64,000 bases of DNA from Deltaproteobacteria bacterium (lineage in GTDB: Bacteria > Myxococcota > Kuafuiibacteriia > Kuafuiibacteriales > Kuafuiibacteriaceae): NCBI GenBank assembly GCA_040218735.1, contig JAVJQW010000062.1:128001-192000 (forward strand), given 5' to 3'. The notes beneath the pieces were generated by a model. That model did no database searches, had not been told where the DNA came from, and was given only the letters and a program-made list of their open reading frames with translations. The position numbers were made by a program, and so were the translations under genes. Position 1 is the stretch's first letter, and each line of letters opens with the position of its first letter. Positions 9,732-21,064 of the stretch are shown one piece after another.

Positions 9732-11083
9732 GCGACGTGACGCTCCATGGCCTGCCCCAACCCGAGCGGGATCGTCCGACCCGTCACGCGATTCACCGCG
9801 CCGACCTCCGCGCCGGCGCGCGCGAGGCGCTTGGCGATCGAGCTGATCTCCGCCGCGTTCGCGACGTTCTCTTCGGACGGATCCGGATCCTCGGGGACGC
9901 GCAGCACCCGCTCAGCGACGGGTGTCTTCGTGGGCTCATCGACGACGCCGTCCGCCACGAGCACGACGCTGGTGTGCGCGGGGTGGCGAGCGATCGCGGC
10001 GGCGACGGTGTCGACCCACGCGCCGCCCACCGCGGGCACGAAGAGCACCGCGCGCGCCGGCTCGTCCTCGGAGGCGGCGGCGAGGAAGTGAGTGAGGCCG
10101 CCGCCGTGCCCGAGCTCGGCGTCGTTCGAATAGCGGCGGGAGTCGACGATCTGCGCGAGCGCTTCTTCGCGTGTGCTCGCGAGGCGCTCGCCGCCGTCGG
10201 CGCCGAACACCCAACGCTCACCGAGCAAGCCCCCCTCCACCGCGACGCGGGCGGCGGCGGCCGGCGCTTCATCCCCGCGCGCGGCGACGAGGTACGCGGC
10301 GACGCGCACCGCGGGGGCGATCGCGCGCTCGGGCGTGCGGACCATCAGCACCCGCGTCCGCGCGTAGACCTTCCACAGCGCGAGGCGAAGCGGATCCCCG
10401 GGGACGTAGCGACGCATGTCGACGCGGTCCCCTTCGAGCGCGCCGCGCGGGTGCGGACGGTCGTCGCCGCTCGCGAGCGAGCGGAGCAGCGGTGAGCGGC
10501 TCAGCGCGCCGACCCACGGGACGACGGTGACTTCGCGCGCCTCTTCGCGACGAAGCACGATTCGCGCGAGCCCGAAGCCGTCCTCGATGACGAAGCGCCG
10601 ACGGATCTGTTTGGCGTGGGTGCGCGCGGGGCTCTCGACGTTCTCGAGGATCGATCCCTCGACCCGCGCACTCGTGACGGTCATGGCCTCGGGGGTCTCC
10701 CAGACCCACTCGACCTCCAGCAGGGGGAACCAGCGGCGCGCCGGCATGGTGAGCGCGGTGGCAAATCCGCTGACCGCTTCGAAGTACAGCGGCGGCGCCT
10801 CGATGGGCTCGCGCTTCAGGGCGAGGTGCGTCAGCAACGCGCCGACGACGACCACGAGGAACGCGCCCGCGACGAGCGCGATCGCGACGGCCGCGACGAT
10901 CTGCACGGCGTAGTCCGCGCGCGGCAGCCCGAAGAAGAAGTACGCGACGAGCCCGGCGGCGAGGATCACCACGCCGAGGTTCGTCAGCACCAGCCACTCA
11001 CGGAATCGGCGCAGGCCTCGAAGCACGGAGGACATCGACTTCGATTCCGACTGTACCCCAACCACCTCTGTTTTCGCCCCCAT
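9728..11083 (-). CDS. DUF58 domain protein (MoxR-associated)
   Basis: Two N-terminal TMs, EDGFGL and MRRYVPGDPLRLALWKVYART.LMVR DUF58 motif. The stop overlaps the transglutaminase ATG. Confidence 0.85.
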   Translation of the reverse strand: MGAKTEVVGVQSESKSMSSVLRGLRRFREWLVLTNLGVVILAAGLVAYFFFGLPRADYAVQIVAAVAIALVAGAFLVVVVGALLTHLALKREPIEAPPLYFEAVSGFATALTMPARRWFPLLEVEWVWETPEAMTVTSARVEGSILENVESPARTHAKQIRRRFVIEDGFGLARIVLRREEAREVTVVPWVGALSRSPLLRSLASGDDRPHPRGALEGDRVDMRRYVPGDPLRLALWKVYARTRVLMVRTPERAIAPAVRVAAYLVAARGDEAPAAAARVAVEGGLLGERWVFGADGGERLASTREEALAQIVDSRRYSNDAELGHGGGLTHFLAAASEDEPARAVLFVPAVGGAWVDTVAAAIARHPAHTSVVLVADGVVDEPTKTPVAERVLRVPEDPDPSEENVANAAEISSIAKRLARAGAEVGAVNRVTGRTIPLGLGQAMERHVA

Positions 11084-11131
11084 GCCCAAGCGCCGGGCAT
11101 CCCACCGTTATTCCCGCTATCCTCCGGCGCC

Positions 11132-12943
11132 ATGACGCAGTCCTCGTCCGCGCTCGCGGCCTGCACCCTCGCGCTGGTGTTCGCGTGCGCGAGCGCCAAG
11201 CCCCCCTCCGCGTTCGACGGGCCGCCCCTGACCTCCGAGGCCGACCGCCGGATGGCGATGCTCGCGGAGCGTTTCCTCGACCGGTCGCTGGAGCTGGACC
11301 CCGTCGCGGCGTCGTACGTCGGGTACCACAAGTGGGACGGCCGGCTGCCCGACTACTCGGCGCGGGGGATCCGTAGCGCGATCCACACCCTCCAGTCGTT
11401 TGCGACGGAGCTGCGGCGGATCGACCGCTCGAAGCTGAGCCTCGCCTGGGCGATCGACCACGAGCTGATCCAGGCGCGCATCGAGGACGACCTGTTCGTG
11501 CTGCGCGAGCTGCGCCCGTTCGAGTGGAACGTGAACCTCTACAACGAGGAGATCGGGGCGGCGTTCTACTACCTGTCGATCCCCCCGAAGGACGCGGCCG
11601 AGGTCCCGGCGCGGCTCGACGCGATCGTCGCGCGCGCGAAGGCGCTCCCGCGGTTCGTCGCGGTGGCGAAGTCGAAGCTGGTCCGGCCGCCGAAGATCTT
11701 CACGCAGTTCGTCATCCAGCAGAACCCCGGGAACCGGAAGATGCTCGCCGAGGTCCTCCCGCCGCTCTTCGCGAAACACCCCGAGCACCGCGCGCGCTTC
11801 GAGGCGGTCCTCCCCGCGGCGCTCACGGCGCTCGATGACTTTCAGGCGTTCCTCGAGGGGCCCCTCCTCGAGCGCTCGGACGGCGACTACCGCCTCGGGC
11901 GTTCGCTCTGGGAGAAACATCTGCTGCACACGTTGGGCGCGCAGATGTCGAGCGACGACCTCTACCTCGCGGCGGAGCGCGGGCTCGAGCTGACGCGGCT
12001 GCACATGTACGACCTCGCGCTGCCGCTGTTCAACGAACGGTACCCCGACGACAAACGCTACCTGTCGATGGTCGGCGACGAGCGGATCAACCACGTCGTC
12101 GGTCGGGTGCTCGAGGCGGGCGCGAAAGAGCACGGGACGCCCGAGACGTTCTTCGCCGACGTGAAGAAGACGGCCGATTCGATCCGAGGTTGGTTGGAGG
12201 CTTCGAAGTTCATGCCGCTGCCGCCGAAGGACGACAACTTCGTCATCGAGCCCACGCCCGCGTTCCTCGACGGGCTCGCGGTCGCGTTCTTCAACCCGGC
12301 GCCGGCGTTCGACCCCGACGCGAAGAAGGCGTTCTGGATCAGCACGGTCCCGAGCTCGGGCGACGACAGCGAGAGTTACCTGCGCGAGTACAACAAGTAC
12401 GCGATGGAGGCGCTCACGATCCACGAGGCGCTCCCCGGGCACTACGTGCAGCTGTACTGGTCGAGCCGGAGCAAGAACGCGTCGGTGACGAAGCGCGTGT
12501 TGGAGAGCTCGACGATGGCGGAGGGCTGGGCGGTGATGGTCGAACAGCTCGTACACGAAGCCGGCTACCGTCAGGACCAGCCGCTCTCGATGCTGTTCTC
12601 GCTGAAGATGCGGCTGAGGATCTTCATCAACGCGATGATCGACGCGAAGCTGCACACGTCCGACGACGAGGGCGCGGAGGCCTTCGCGATGATGCTGATG
12701 ACGCAGAAGGGGTTTCAGGAGGAGGCGGAGGCGACCCGAAAGCTGCGACGCGCGCAGCTCACGGCGACGCAGCTGTCGACCTACTTCGTCGGCTACCGCG
12801 AGATGTTGGACCTGTATCGGCGCGCGGCGGCGAAGGGCGGCGACACGTTCGATCGGTCGGCGTTCCTCGCGCAGATGATCGGCTACGGTACGATCTACCC
12901 GAGGATCATCGAGCGCCTTCTTCAGCGAGACGGCTGGCTCTGA
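11132..12943 (+). CDS. DUF885 family lipoprotein (metallopeptidase-like)
   Basis: Lipobox LVFAC, GYHKWDGRLPDYS, TIHEALPGHYVQ, EGWA, QLSTYFVG. Start reassigned to ATG 11132. Confidence 0.88.
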   Translation: MTQSSSALAACTLALVFACASAKPPSAFDGPPLTSEADRRMAMLAERFLDRSLELDPVAASYVGYHKWDGRLPDYSARGIRSAIHTLQSFATELRRIDRSKLSLAWAIDHELIQARIEDDLFVLRELRPFEWNVNLYNEEIGAAFYYLSIPPKDAAEVPARLDAIVARAKALPRFVAVAKSKLVRPPKIFTQFVIQQNPGNRKMLAEVLPPLFAKHPEHRARFEAVLPAALTALDDFQAFLEGPLLERSDGDYRLGRSLWEKHLLHTLGAQMSSDDLYLAAERGLELTRLHMYDLALPLFNERYPDDKRYLSMVGDERINHVVGRVLEAGAKEHGTPETFFADVKKTADSIRGWLEASKFMPLPPKDDNFVIEPTPAFLDGLAVAFFNPAPAFDPDAKKAFWISTVPSSGDDSESYLREYNKYAMEALTIHEALPGHYVQLYWSSRSKNASVTKRVLESSTMAEGWAVMVEQLVHEAGYRQDQPLSMLFSLKMRLRIFINAMIDAKLHTSDDEGAEAFAMMLMTQKGFQEEAEATRKLRRAQLTATQLSTYFVGYREMLDLYRRAAAKGGDTFDRSAFLAQMIGYGTIYPRIIERLLQRDGWL

Positions 12944-14588
12944 AAGCGGTGCGCCGCTGCATCCGCGCGAAGGCGCTGTGGAGCGCCTCGCGGGAGATCG
13001 GCTTACCGACCACCATCTCGCCGCGCCGCTCCACGAAGGCGCGCGCGCGTGCGCTGGGGAGGCCGCCGGTCATGAACACGACGCGCGAGCTCAGGTGCGG
13101 CAGCTCGCTCTGTAGCGCCTCGAAGAACGCCGGACCGTCCATGCCGGGCATGATGACGTCGCAGAGGATGATGTCGAACTCCGGGTCGAGGCGGAGCCGC
13201 TCCAGCGCGACCTCACCGCTCGCCTCGGTGACGACCTCGTGGCTCCCCTGCAGGAGCCGAACGAGGCTCGAGCGAATGTCGCGCTCGTCGTCGATGATCA
13301 ACACACGCAGTCGACCGATCGGCACCGGGGTGTAGGGGCCCTCGACCGCATCCTCGGTCTGCACGTCCGGAAGCCACAGGCGGAACGCGCTCCCCTTGGG
13401 GCCCGTACTCTCGAGGGCGAGTGTGCCGCCGTGTTCGTGCGCGATACGCGCCGAGATGGACAGCCCGAGCCCCGTGCCCCGCCCTGCCGACTTGGTCGTG
13501 AAGAGCGACTCGAAGATGCGCGCGCGGTGGGCGTCGGGGATGCCGTTCCCGGTGTCGGTGACGGTGCAGTAGACACCGCCGTCGGCGACGCCGGTCTTGA
13601 TCGTGATGCGGTTGTCGTTGACGTTGCCCTCTTCGATCGCTTGGGCCGCGTTCGAGATGAGGTTGACGATGATCTGACCGATCGCCCCCGCGCGCATCGT
13701 CACGCGTCGCAGCGGCCCCTCTTCGAGCTCGAGCGTCGCGCGCCCTCGCACTTCCGGAGCCGTCATGGTGATCGCGGCACGGACGACCTCGTTGATGTCG
13801 GACGGTGCCGGCGCGCTGTTGCCGTCGACCCGCGTGAAGCGCACGAGGTCACCGACGATCGCGGCCACGCGTTGGATCGCTTCGCGGATCTGGATGCAGC
13901 CCTCTGTGAGGTCGTCCAAGTGCTCGCGTGGGTTCGTCTCCTGGAGGATCTTGTCGAGCGCGTCGTTGGACGATGCGGTCTCCTCCAACAGATCACACAG
14001 GGTGGTGAGGGCCTCCAGCGAGTAATCGCTCGCTTCGGCGTTGGCGAGCACGACCATCGACGGGTTGTTGATCTCGTGTGCGACCCCGGCGGAGAGCCGG
14101 CCGATCGCCGCCAGGCGATCCGCCTGCTCGAGCTGCTTGCGCTGCTCGATGGCCTCCGTGACGTCGCGCGCGACCACCGCGACGAGGTCGCGATTGCCGG
14201 CGGCGAATCGCTTCAAACGAATGTCGCAGACGAACGGGTCGCCGCCCTTTCGGTACGCGCGCACCTGCGGCACCCACGCCTCCCCCGCCTCACTCAGCAC
14301 GTCGTCGAACGAGATGGCGGGCTGGCGTTCGTCACCTGGTGCGAGGTCGCGGTCGGTCATCTGGAGCAGCTCCTCCAGCGAGTACGCAAACAGTGCGATG
14401 GCGGCGGCGTTGGCCTGGACGATCTTGTGGGTCTCGAGCTCGAGGACCAAGACCGCGTCGGGCACGGCCTCGAACAGAGCCTCGTAACTCGCCTCTCGTT
14501 CGGCGAGGCGGGACTCGAACCGCGACGCCTCCGTCTGGAGGCGCGTCATTTCGGTTTCGGCGCGCCGCAGTCTCTCTTCGAGATCCAA
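12906..14588 (-). CDS. Hybrid PAS sensor histidine kinase with receiver domain
   Basis: PAS, H-box GVAHEINNP, N-box NLISNA, DTGNGI, FTTK, GTGLGL, then receiver (LIIDDE, ILCDVIMP, KP). Confidence 0.93.
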   Translation of the reverse strand: MDLEERLRRAETEMTRLQTEASRFESRLAEREASYEALFEAVPDAVLVLELETHKIVQANAAAIALFAYSLEELLQMTDRDLAPGDERQPAISFDDVLSEAGEAWVPQVRAYRKGGDPFVCDIRLKRFAAGNRDLVAVVARDVTEAIEQRKQLEQADRLAAIGRLSAGVAHEINNPSMVVLANAEASDYSLEALTTLCDLLEETASSNDALDKILQETNPREHLDDLTEGCIQIREAIQRVAAIVGDLVRFTRVDGNSAPAPSDINEVVRAAITMTAPEVRGRATLELEEGPLRRVTMRAGAIGQIIVNLISNAAQAIEEGNVNDNRITIKTGVADGGVYCTVTDTGNGIPDAHRARIFESLFTTKSAGRGTGLGLSISARIAHEHGGTLALESTGPKGSAFRLWLPDVQTEDAVEGPYTPVPIGRLRVLIIDDERDIRSSLVRLLQGSHEVVTEASGEVALERLRLDPEFDIILCDVIMPGMDGPAFFEALQSELPHLSSRVVFMTGGLPSARARAFVERRGEMVVGKPISREALHSAFARMQRRTAFRASRLAEEGAR

Positions 14589-14628
14589 GCGGGTCTACGA
14601 TAACAGGACTAGCCCGCAGGCAAAAATT

Positions 14629-16470
<1,842 letters not shown>

Positions 16471-16474
16471 CGCG

Positions 16475-16519
16475 AAAAGAAAAAAGGCGCCGTGACCACG
16501 TCCTGTAGGTCACGGCGCC
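16475..16519 (-). terminator. Intrinsic terminator downstream of the 383-aa orphan gene
   Basis: Perfect 12-bp stem GGCGCCGTGACC/GGTCACGGCGCC with a 10-nt loop, followed on the minus strand by TTTTTTCTTTT. Confidence 0.85.
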
Positions 16520-16652
16520 CAAGAGAAACACGAAGCGCGCGCGGGCAGCCACACACCACGAGTTTTGTTCGGACTTCCTGTCCGCGTCGCCCGGCGAGGC
16601 CTCCTGGCCCTGCGCGCGACGTCCCTCCTCCTGGAGGGGATTGAAGCGTTGA

Positions 16653-17804
16653 TTAACGGCCGATCGACTGGATGATGTTCTTGGCCGTCTCGTTGTACTT
16701 GTCGATGATCTGCCGGAGCATGTCGAACATCTGCGAGCGCTTGTCGATGAGGCGCTTGAGCTTCATCGTCTCGACGTCGATGGACGGGCTGGAGCCACCC
16801 CCACCCTTGCCGCCGCCCTTACCGCCGCCTTTGCCGCCGCCCTTTCCACCACCGCTCTGCTGCTGCTGCAGATCGTTGATGTAGTTGGCCATCGCCTCGA
16901 TCTCCTTATCCATCTTCTTCATGATGGCCATGATCAGGAGCGTGACCTTGTCCTCGACGGTAAGGCTCGAGTCGTTGAGGATCGCGGACGTGTCGAGCCC
17001 GTGATCGTTCATGCCGAACGCGCCCTGCGCGGGGTGCGGCGCGCCGTTGCTGTGCGGGCCGCCGGTGTTCCAGTTCCCACCACCGTTCTGCGCGTTGCCC
17101 TGGCCGGGCAGACCGCGGAACCAGTCGGACAGGAGCGACTCGCCACCGATGCCGGAGCCGTTGCCGCTCCCGCTCACATTCCCGCCGCCGAGCAGGTTCG
17201 CGAGCGCGCCCATCATCACCGCGGGGAACGCCATGAACGGCGGCAGGCCCATGCCGGCCGCGGCCTGCGCGAACTGGTCGAGGAACTGCAGCGCCTGGTT
17301 GGTCGCCTGCGAGTGCTGGCCGCCGGCCGGCGCGTAGCCGCGCGGGAACGGGAGGACCGTCATGCGGCCGTCGTTGCGGCCGTCGGGGATGATGTGCCCG
17401 CCGAGCATCATCTCGACCTGCTGACGCGCAAAGGGGTCGTTCGCGAGGAGGCGCTCGAACTGACGCCCCTGCTGGCGGTTCATGATGCCCTCGAAGAAGC
17501 CCTGGCCGGGACGCGCACCAAAGTCGAACGACTGCGGCGGCGCGTACATGCCGGCGGCGGGGCTGCCGGAGTAGGCGTTCGGCGGAATCATCGCGCCCTG
17601 GGCGGGGATGCCTCCGGTCTGGAGGAGGTTCGCGAGCGCGTTGGCACCGAACGAGCCGGCGGCCATCATGAAGCTATCGCGCAGCCCCTGCATGAAGGCC
17701 GGGTTGCCCTGGAACTGCTGCAGCTGATCGAAGAAGCCGTCGACGTTGAAGCCGAGCGCGCGCAGCAGGTGGGAGCCGCCGAGTAGATTCGTGTTCCAGA
17801 CCAT
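16653..17804 (-). CDS. Hypothetical Gly/Gln/Met-rich protein with T3SS needle/rod-like C-terminal helix
   Basis: Strong RBS (AAAGGAG), own promoter and terminator, (GGGK)4 repeat, C-terminus KLKRLIDKRSQMFDMLRQIIDKYNETAKNIIQSIGR. The gene call is solid; the product is inferred. Confidence 0.75.
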   Translation of the reverse strand: MVWNTNLLGGSHLLRALGFNVDGFFDQLQQFQGNPAFMQGLRDSFMMAAGSFGANALANLLQTGGIPAQGAMIPPNAYSGSPAAGMYAPPQSFDFGARPGQGFFEGIMNRQQGRQFERLLANDPFARQQVEMMLGGHIIPDGRNDGRMTVLPFPRGYAPAGGQHSQATNQALQFLDQFAQAAAGMGLPPFMAFPAVMMGALANLLGGGNVSGSGNGSGIGGESLLSDWFRGLPGQGNAQNGGGNWNTGGPHSNGAPHPAQGAFGMNDHGLDTSAILNDSSLTVEDKVTLLIMAIMKKMDKEIEAMANYINDLQQQQSGGGKGGGKGGGKGGGKGGGGSSPSIDVETMKLKRLIDKRSQMFDMLRQIIDKYNETAKNIIQSIGR

Positions 17805-17859
17805 GAGTGTCTCCTTTGCCCTTTCGTCGCCCCATCCTGTGAGCGACGCCCCTCTCTAG

Positions 17860-17875
17860 AGCAGGCGCCGTGCCA
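17860..17875 (-). promoter_or_regulatory. Sigma54 (-24/-12) promoter for the 383-aa gene
   Basis: Minus strand TGGCAC-GGCGC-CTGCT versus consensus TGGCAC-N5-TTGCW, with correct GG-N10-GC spacing, about 55 nt upstream of the ATG. Confidence 0.75.
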
Positions 17876-17972
17876 ACAGGCGGAGGGCCCATATCTCGGA
17901 TCGCGCGCCCTCCGTTCACTTGCAGTGCGCACCCGAACAGGTGCAACTCTGCCCACTGCACCCAACTCGTGT

Positions 17973-18800
17973 TCATCCGCGGTGGCGGGTGGAGCGGTCC
18001 TCGTAGTCGGCGCGCGCGGCGTGGTCGGCGTCCCGGAAGAGGCGGTCGACGCCCAGCTTGGCGGCGATGCCCTCCAGGACCCGGCGCGGGAGCAGCGAGG
18101 GCATGGCGGCGATCAAGCGCTGGCTCCTGGGGACGAAGACCTCGATGCGGCGGTTGCGCACCGCGTCGAGGATCGCCGCAGCGACCGCCTCGGGCTCGAC
18201 GGGCGGCGGCCACTGCAGGTCCTTCACCCCCGCGATCAGCTGGGTCCTCACCGGTATGGGGCAGACGTAGCCGAGGTGCACGCCCGTCGCGTCCAGCTCG
18301 AAGCGCACCGCCTCGGTGAGGGCGACGACCGCGTGTTTGGTCGCCGAGTAGACGGCGCCGTACGGGGTCGGGACCTTGCCGGCCATCGATGCCACGTTGA
18401 TCACCGCTCCGCGCCCGCGCCCCTTCATCCGGGGCAGCACGGCGCGCATCCCGTTGAGGACGCCGCGGACGTTCACATCGAGCATCCGTTCGTCGTGGTG
18501 CGCGGGCTGCTCCAAAAACGGGCCGATCGTCATGATCCCCGCGTTGTTGACGAGGACGTCGATCGGGCCGACGTGGGCCTCGACGTCCTCGACGCAGGCC
18601 TCGAACGCCGCCGCGTCGGTGACGTCCAGCCCGCGGACGGGGCTGCCCCCCAGCGCGGCGCCGGCCGCTTCGACCCGGTCACGGTCGCGGTCCGTGAGCA
18701 CGACCTTCGCCCCGGCGTCGACGAACGCGGCCGCCGTCGCCCGCCCAATCCCCTGCGCCGCCCCGGTCACGAGGACGACCTGTCCGCGCACATCCACCAC
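17973..18800 (-). CDS. Short-chain dehydrogenase/reductase
   Basis: TGAAQGIG, NNAG, YSATK. Confidence 0.93.
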   Translation of the reverse strand: MVDVRGQVVLVTGAAQGIGRATAAAFVDAGAKVVLTDRDRDRVEAAGAALGGSPVRGLDVTDAAAFEACVEDVEAHVGPIDVLVNNAGIMTIGPFLEQPAHHDERMLDVNVRGVLNGMRAVLPRMKGRGRGAVINVASMAGKVPTPYGAVYSATKHAVVALTEAVRFELDATGVHLGYVCPIPVRTQLIAGVKDLQWPPPVEPEAVAAAILDAVRNRRIEVFVPRSQRLIAAMPSLLPRRVLEGIAAKLGVDRLFRDADHAARADYEDRSTRHRG

Positions 18801-18928
18801 CCGTCAGGCCTACCACGACGTGATCGCGCAAACGATGTCTCGCCCGGCGCGCCGGCTCGGTCCGTAGAAGGAGAGGAGAAGCGCCCCAGTTTGACTGGGA
18901 TTCTCCGCTGCGGGAGGCTTGGGTGAGG

Positions 18929-20932
18929 ATGGCCGGGGAGCAAGGCACCGTACGCCAGATCGGGCGCTACGAGGTCATCCGCAAGATCGCGACCGGGGGC
19001 ATGGCCGAGCTGTTCCTGGCCCGGTTCGTCGGTCCGGGCGGGTTCGAGAAGCGGTGTGCGCTCAAGCGCATCCTGCCCCAGTTCGCCTCCGACCAGGTCT
19101 TCACGCGCATGTTCCTCAACGAGGCGCGCGTCACGGCGATGTTCGACCACCCCAACCTCGTCCAGATCTTCGAGCTGGGTCAGGACGAGCGAGGTCAGTT
19201 CTTCATCGCGATGGAGCTGGTGAACGGGATCAACCTTCGTCAGTTGCTGCACCTCACGCGCGAGCGACAGATCCCCATACCCCCGGAGCTCGCCGCCTTC
19301 ATGATGACGCAGGCGCTCGACGGGCTGGCGTATGCGCACGGTTTTCACGATCCGGACGGTCGTCCTCTGAACCTCGTCCACCGGGACATCAGCCCGCAGA
19401 ACATCCTCGTCTCCTACGAGGGTGCGGTGAAGCTGGTCGACTTCGGCATCGTGAAGGGCTCGTCGATCAGCGGCGAGACGCAAGCCGGCATGCTCAAGGG
19501 GAAGGTCACGTACATGTCGCCCGAGCAGGCCTCGGGGGAGCGCATGGACGGGCGCTCCGACCTGTTCTCCCTCGGCGTCTGTTTCTACGAGCTCATCGCG
19601 CAGGAGCGGCCCTTCGTGGCGGTCAACGAGCTGATGACGCTCAAGGCGATCCTCGAGAAGCCGCCGGTCGCCCTCACCCGCTACGTCCCCGACGTCCCCG
19701 AGGCGATCGAGCGCGCCATCTACCGCGCGCTCGAGAAGAACCCGGACGACCGGTACACCTCGGCCCGCGAGTTCCACCTGGAGCTCACCGCGATCCTGCG
19801 CGCCTGCCCCACGCCGATCGGGCGACACGTCGTCGCGGAGTTCCTGCAGAGCCTCACCGAAGCGAGCACCGTCCAGTTCGACGCGAGCCGCCTCCGCATC
19901 CCGCGGCGCGCGCGCACCGCGGGGTTCGGCCACTCGGCGACGGCGGCGGAGACGCCCATCCCTCCGGCGCCGCGGCCGATGCCCGTAGATCGCGCGCCGA
20001 CGATCCGCCCCGACCCCACGCCGACCCCCACCGGCGCGGGCGTCGCGCCGCTCACCTCGATCTCCACGGACCTGCGCGCGGCTGGCCTCGACCGACGCGT
20101 GACCCCGGCGATGTTGATCGTGTTCCTCGTCTCGGCCCTCACCGGCGCCGCGGTGGTGTGGGCCGCGATGCGGGAGCCGACGCCCGTGGTGGTGGAGGGC
20201 CTCCACGAGCCCTCGGACACCGTCCCGCCGATCGCCACGTCCGACCCGCCCGCGATCGCGGCGAACCTCGAGATAGCCGCGCCGCCGCCGGCCGAGGTCG
20301 CGACGGAGGCGGACGCGGGCGTCGCGCGCGACGCGGGCGTCGAGCCGGTCGAAGCCTCCCCGCCGCCGAAGTCGACGAAGCCGGAGAAAAAGAAACGCCG
20401 ACGCCGCAAGAAGCGGCGCACGCCGGTGGAGGAAGCGCCGCCTCCCCCGCCGCCGCCGGACCGCTCCCCGGGCGACGCGCCGCGCACGACGGTGACCCGC
20501 ATCGAGCCGCCCCCCGCGCCAAAAGCGCCGACGGGCTCCGTCCGCCTGACCTCGTCACCGTCCGGGCTGTTCGTCACGGAGGGCCGCAAGAAGCTCGGCA
20601 CGACGCCGCTCCGCCTGGACCTCGAGTCGGGTCGCCACCGCCTCGTCCTGTCGAGCCGAAGGCTCGGCATCCGGCGCGTCCTCAACCTCGACATCAACGC
20701 GAACACGACGACCACCGAGATCGTCACCATCCCCAAGGGATCGCTGAAGGTGATCTCCCGCCCCTGGGCCTGGGTTCACCACAACGGCACGAAGGTCGGC
20801 CGCACCCCCCTGACCTTCGAAGCCTACGAAGGCAAGCACGAGCTACGCCTGGTCGCGGAGACCGGCGAGGAGCAGTCCCGCGTCGTGCAGACGAAGGGCG
20901 ACGGCGAGCAGCTGGTGACGGTGAAGTTCTAG
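18929..20932 (+). CDS. Membrane Ser/Thr protein kinase with extracytoplasmic PEGA-like domains
   Basis: IATGGMAELF, ALKRI, HRDISPQN, DFG, YMSPEQ, a TM helix, a Pro-rich linker and two GxTPL PEGA-like repeats. Confidence 0.93.
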   Translation: MAGEQGTVRQIGRYEVIRKIATGGMAELFLARFVGPGGFEKRCALKRILPQFASDQVFTRMFLNEARVTAMFDHPNLVQIFELGQDERGQFFIAMELVNGINLRQLLHLTRERQIPIPPELAAFMMTQALDGLAYAHGFHDPDGRPLNLVHRDISPQNILVSYEGAVKLVDFGIVKGSSISGETQAGMLKGKVTYMSPEQASGERMDGRSDLFSLGVCFYELIAQERPFVAVNELMTLKAILEKPPVALTRYVPDVPEAIERAIYRALEKNPDDRYTSAREFHLELTAILRACPTPIGRHVVAEFLQSLTEASTVQFDASRLRIPRRARTAGFGHSATAAETPIPPAPRPMPVDRAPTIRPDPTPTPTGAGVAPLTSISTDLRAAGLDRRVTPAMLIVFLVSALTGAAVVWAAMREPTPVVVEGLHEPSDTVPPIATSDPPAIAANLEIAAPPPAEVATEADAGVARDAGVEPVEASPPPKSTKPEKKKRRRRKKRRTPVEEAPPPPPPPDRSPGDAPRTTVTRIEPPPAPKAPTGSVRLTSSPSGLFVTEGRKKLGTTPLRLDLESGRHRLVLSSRRLGIRRVLNLDINANTTTTEIVTIPKGSLKVISRPWAWVHHNGTKVGRTPLTFEAYEGKHELRLVAETGEEQSRVVQTKGDGEQLVTVKF

Positions 20933-21064
20933 CGAGGCTGCGCCTCGAACGGTCCAGGCTCGGTCGAAACGCAGTGCGGCGCATCCTCGCGCTGGCAGCC
21001 CACAGCGGGCAGCCAGCAGCTTTGGTGCCGCGATCGTTGGGCCGGGCTTAGGCCTCCCCAGAGA

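Noticed and set aside
12906-12943. 38-nt convergent overlap of the DUF885 and histidine kinase genes
   Set aside because: Short tail-to-tail overlaps are common in compact high-GC genomes.
16795-16870. QQQQ plus (GGGK)4 as a substrate for the transglutaminase 7 kb away
   Set aside because: Attractive but unsupported: separate transcription units, and the protein has no Sec signal to reach the enzyme's likely compartment.
17921-17962. NtrC-like site CGCACC...GGTGCA upstream of the sigma54 promoter at 17860
   Set aside because: Spacing is one base off the NtrC consensus, and it may simply be a hairpin after the SDR gene; too weak to call.
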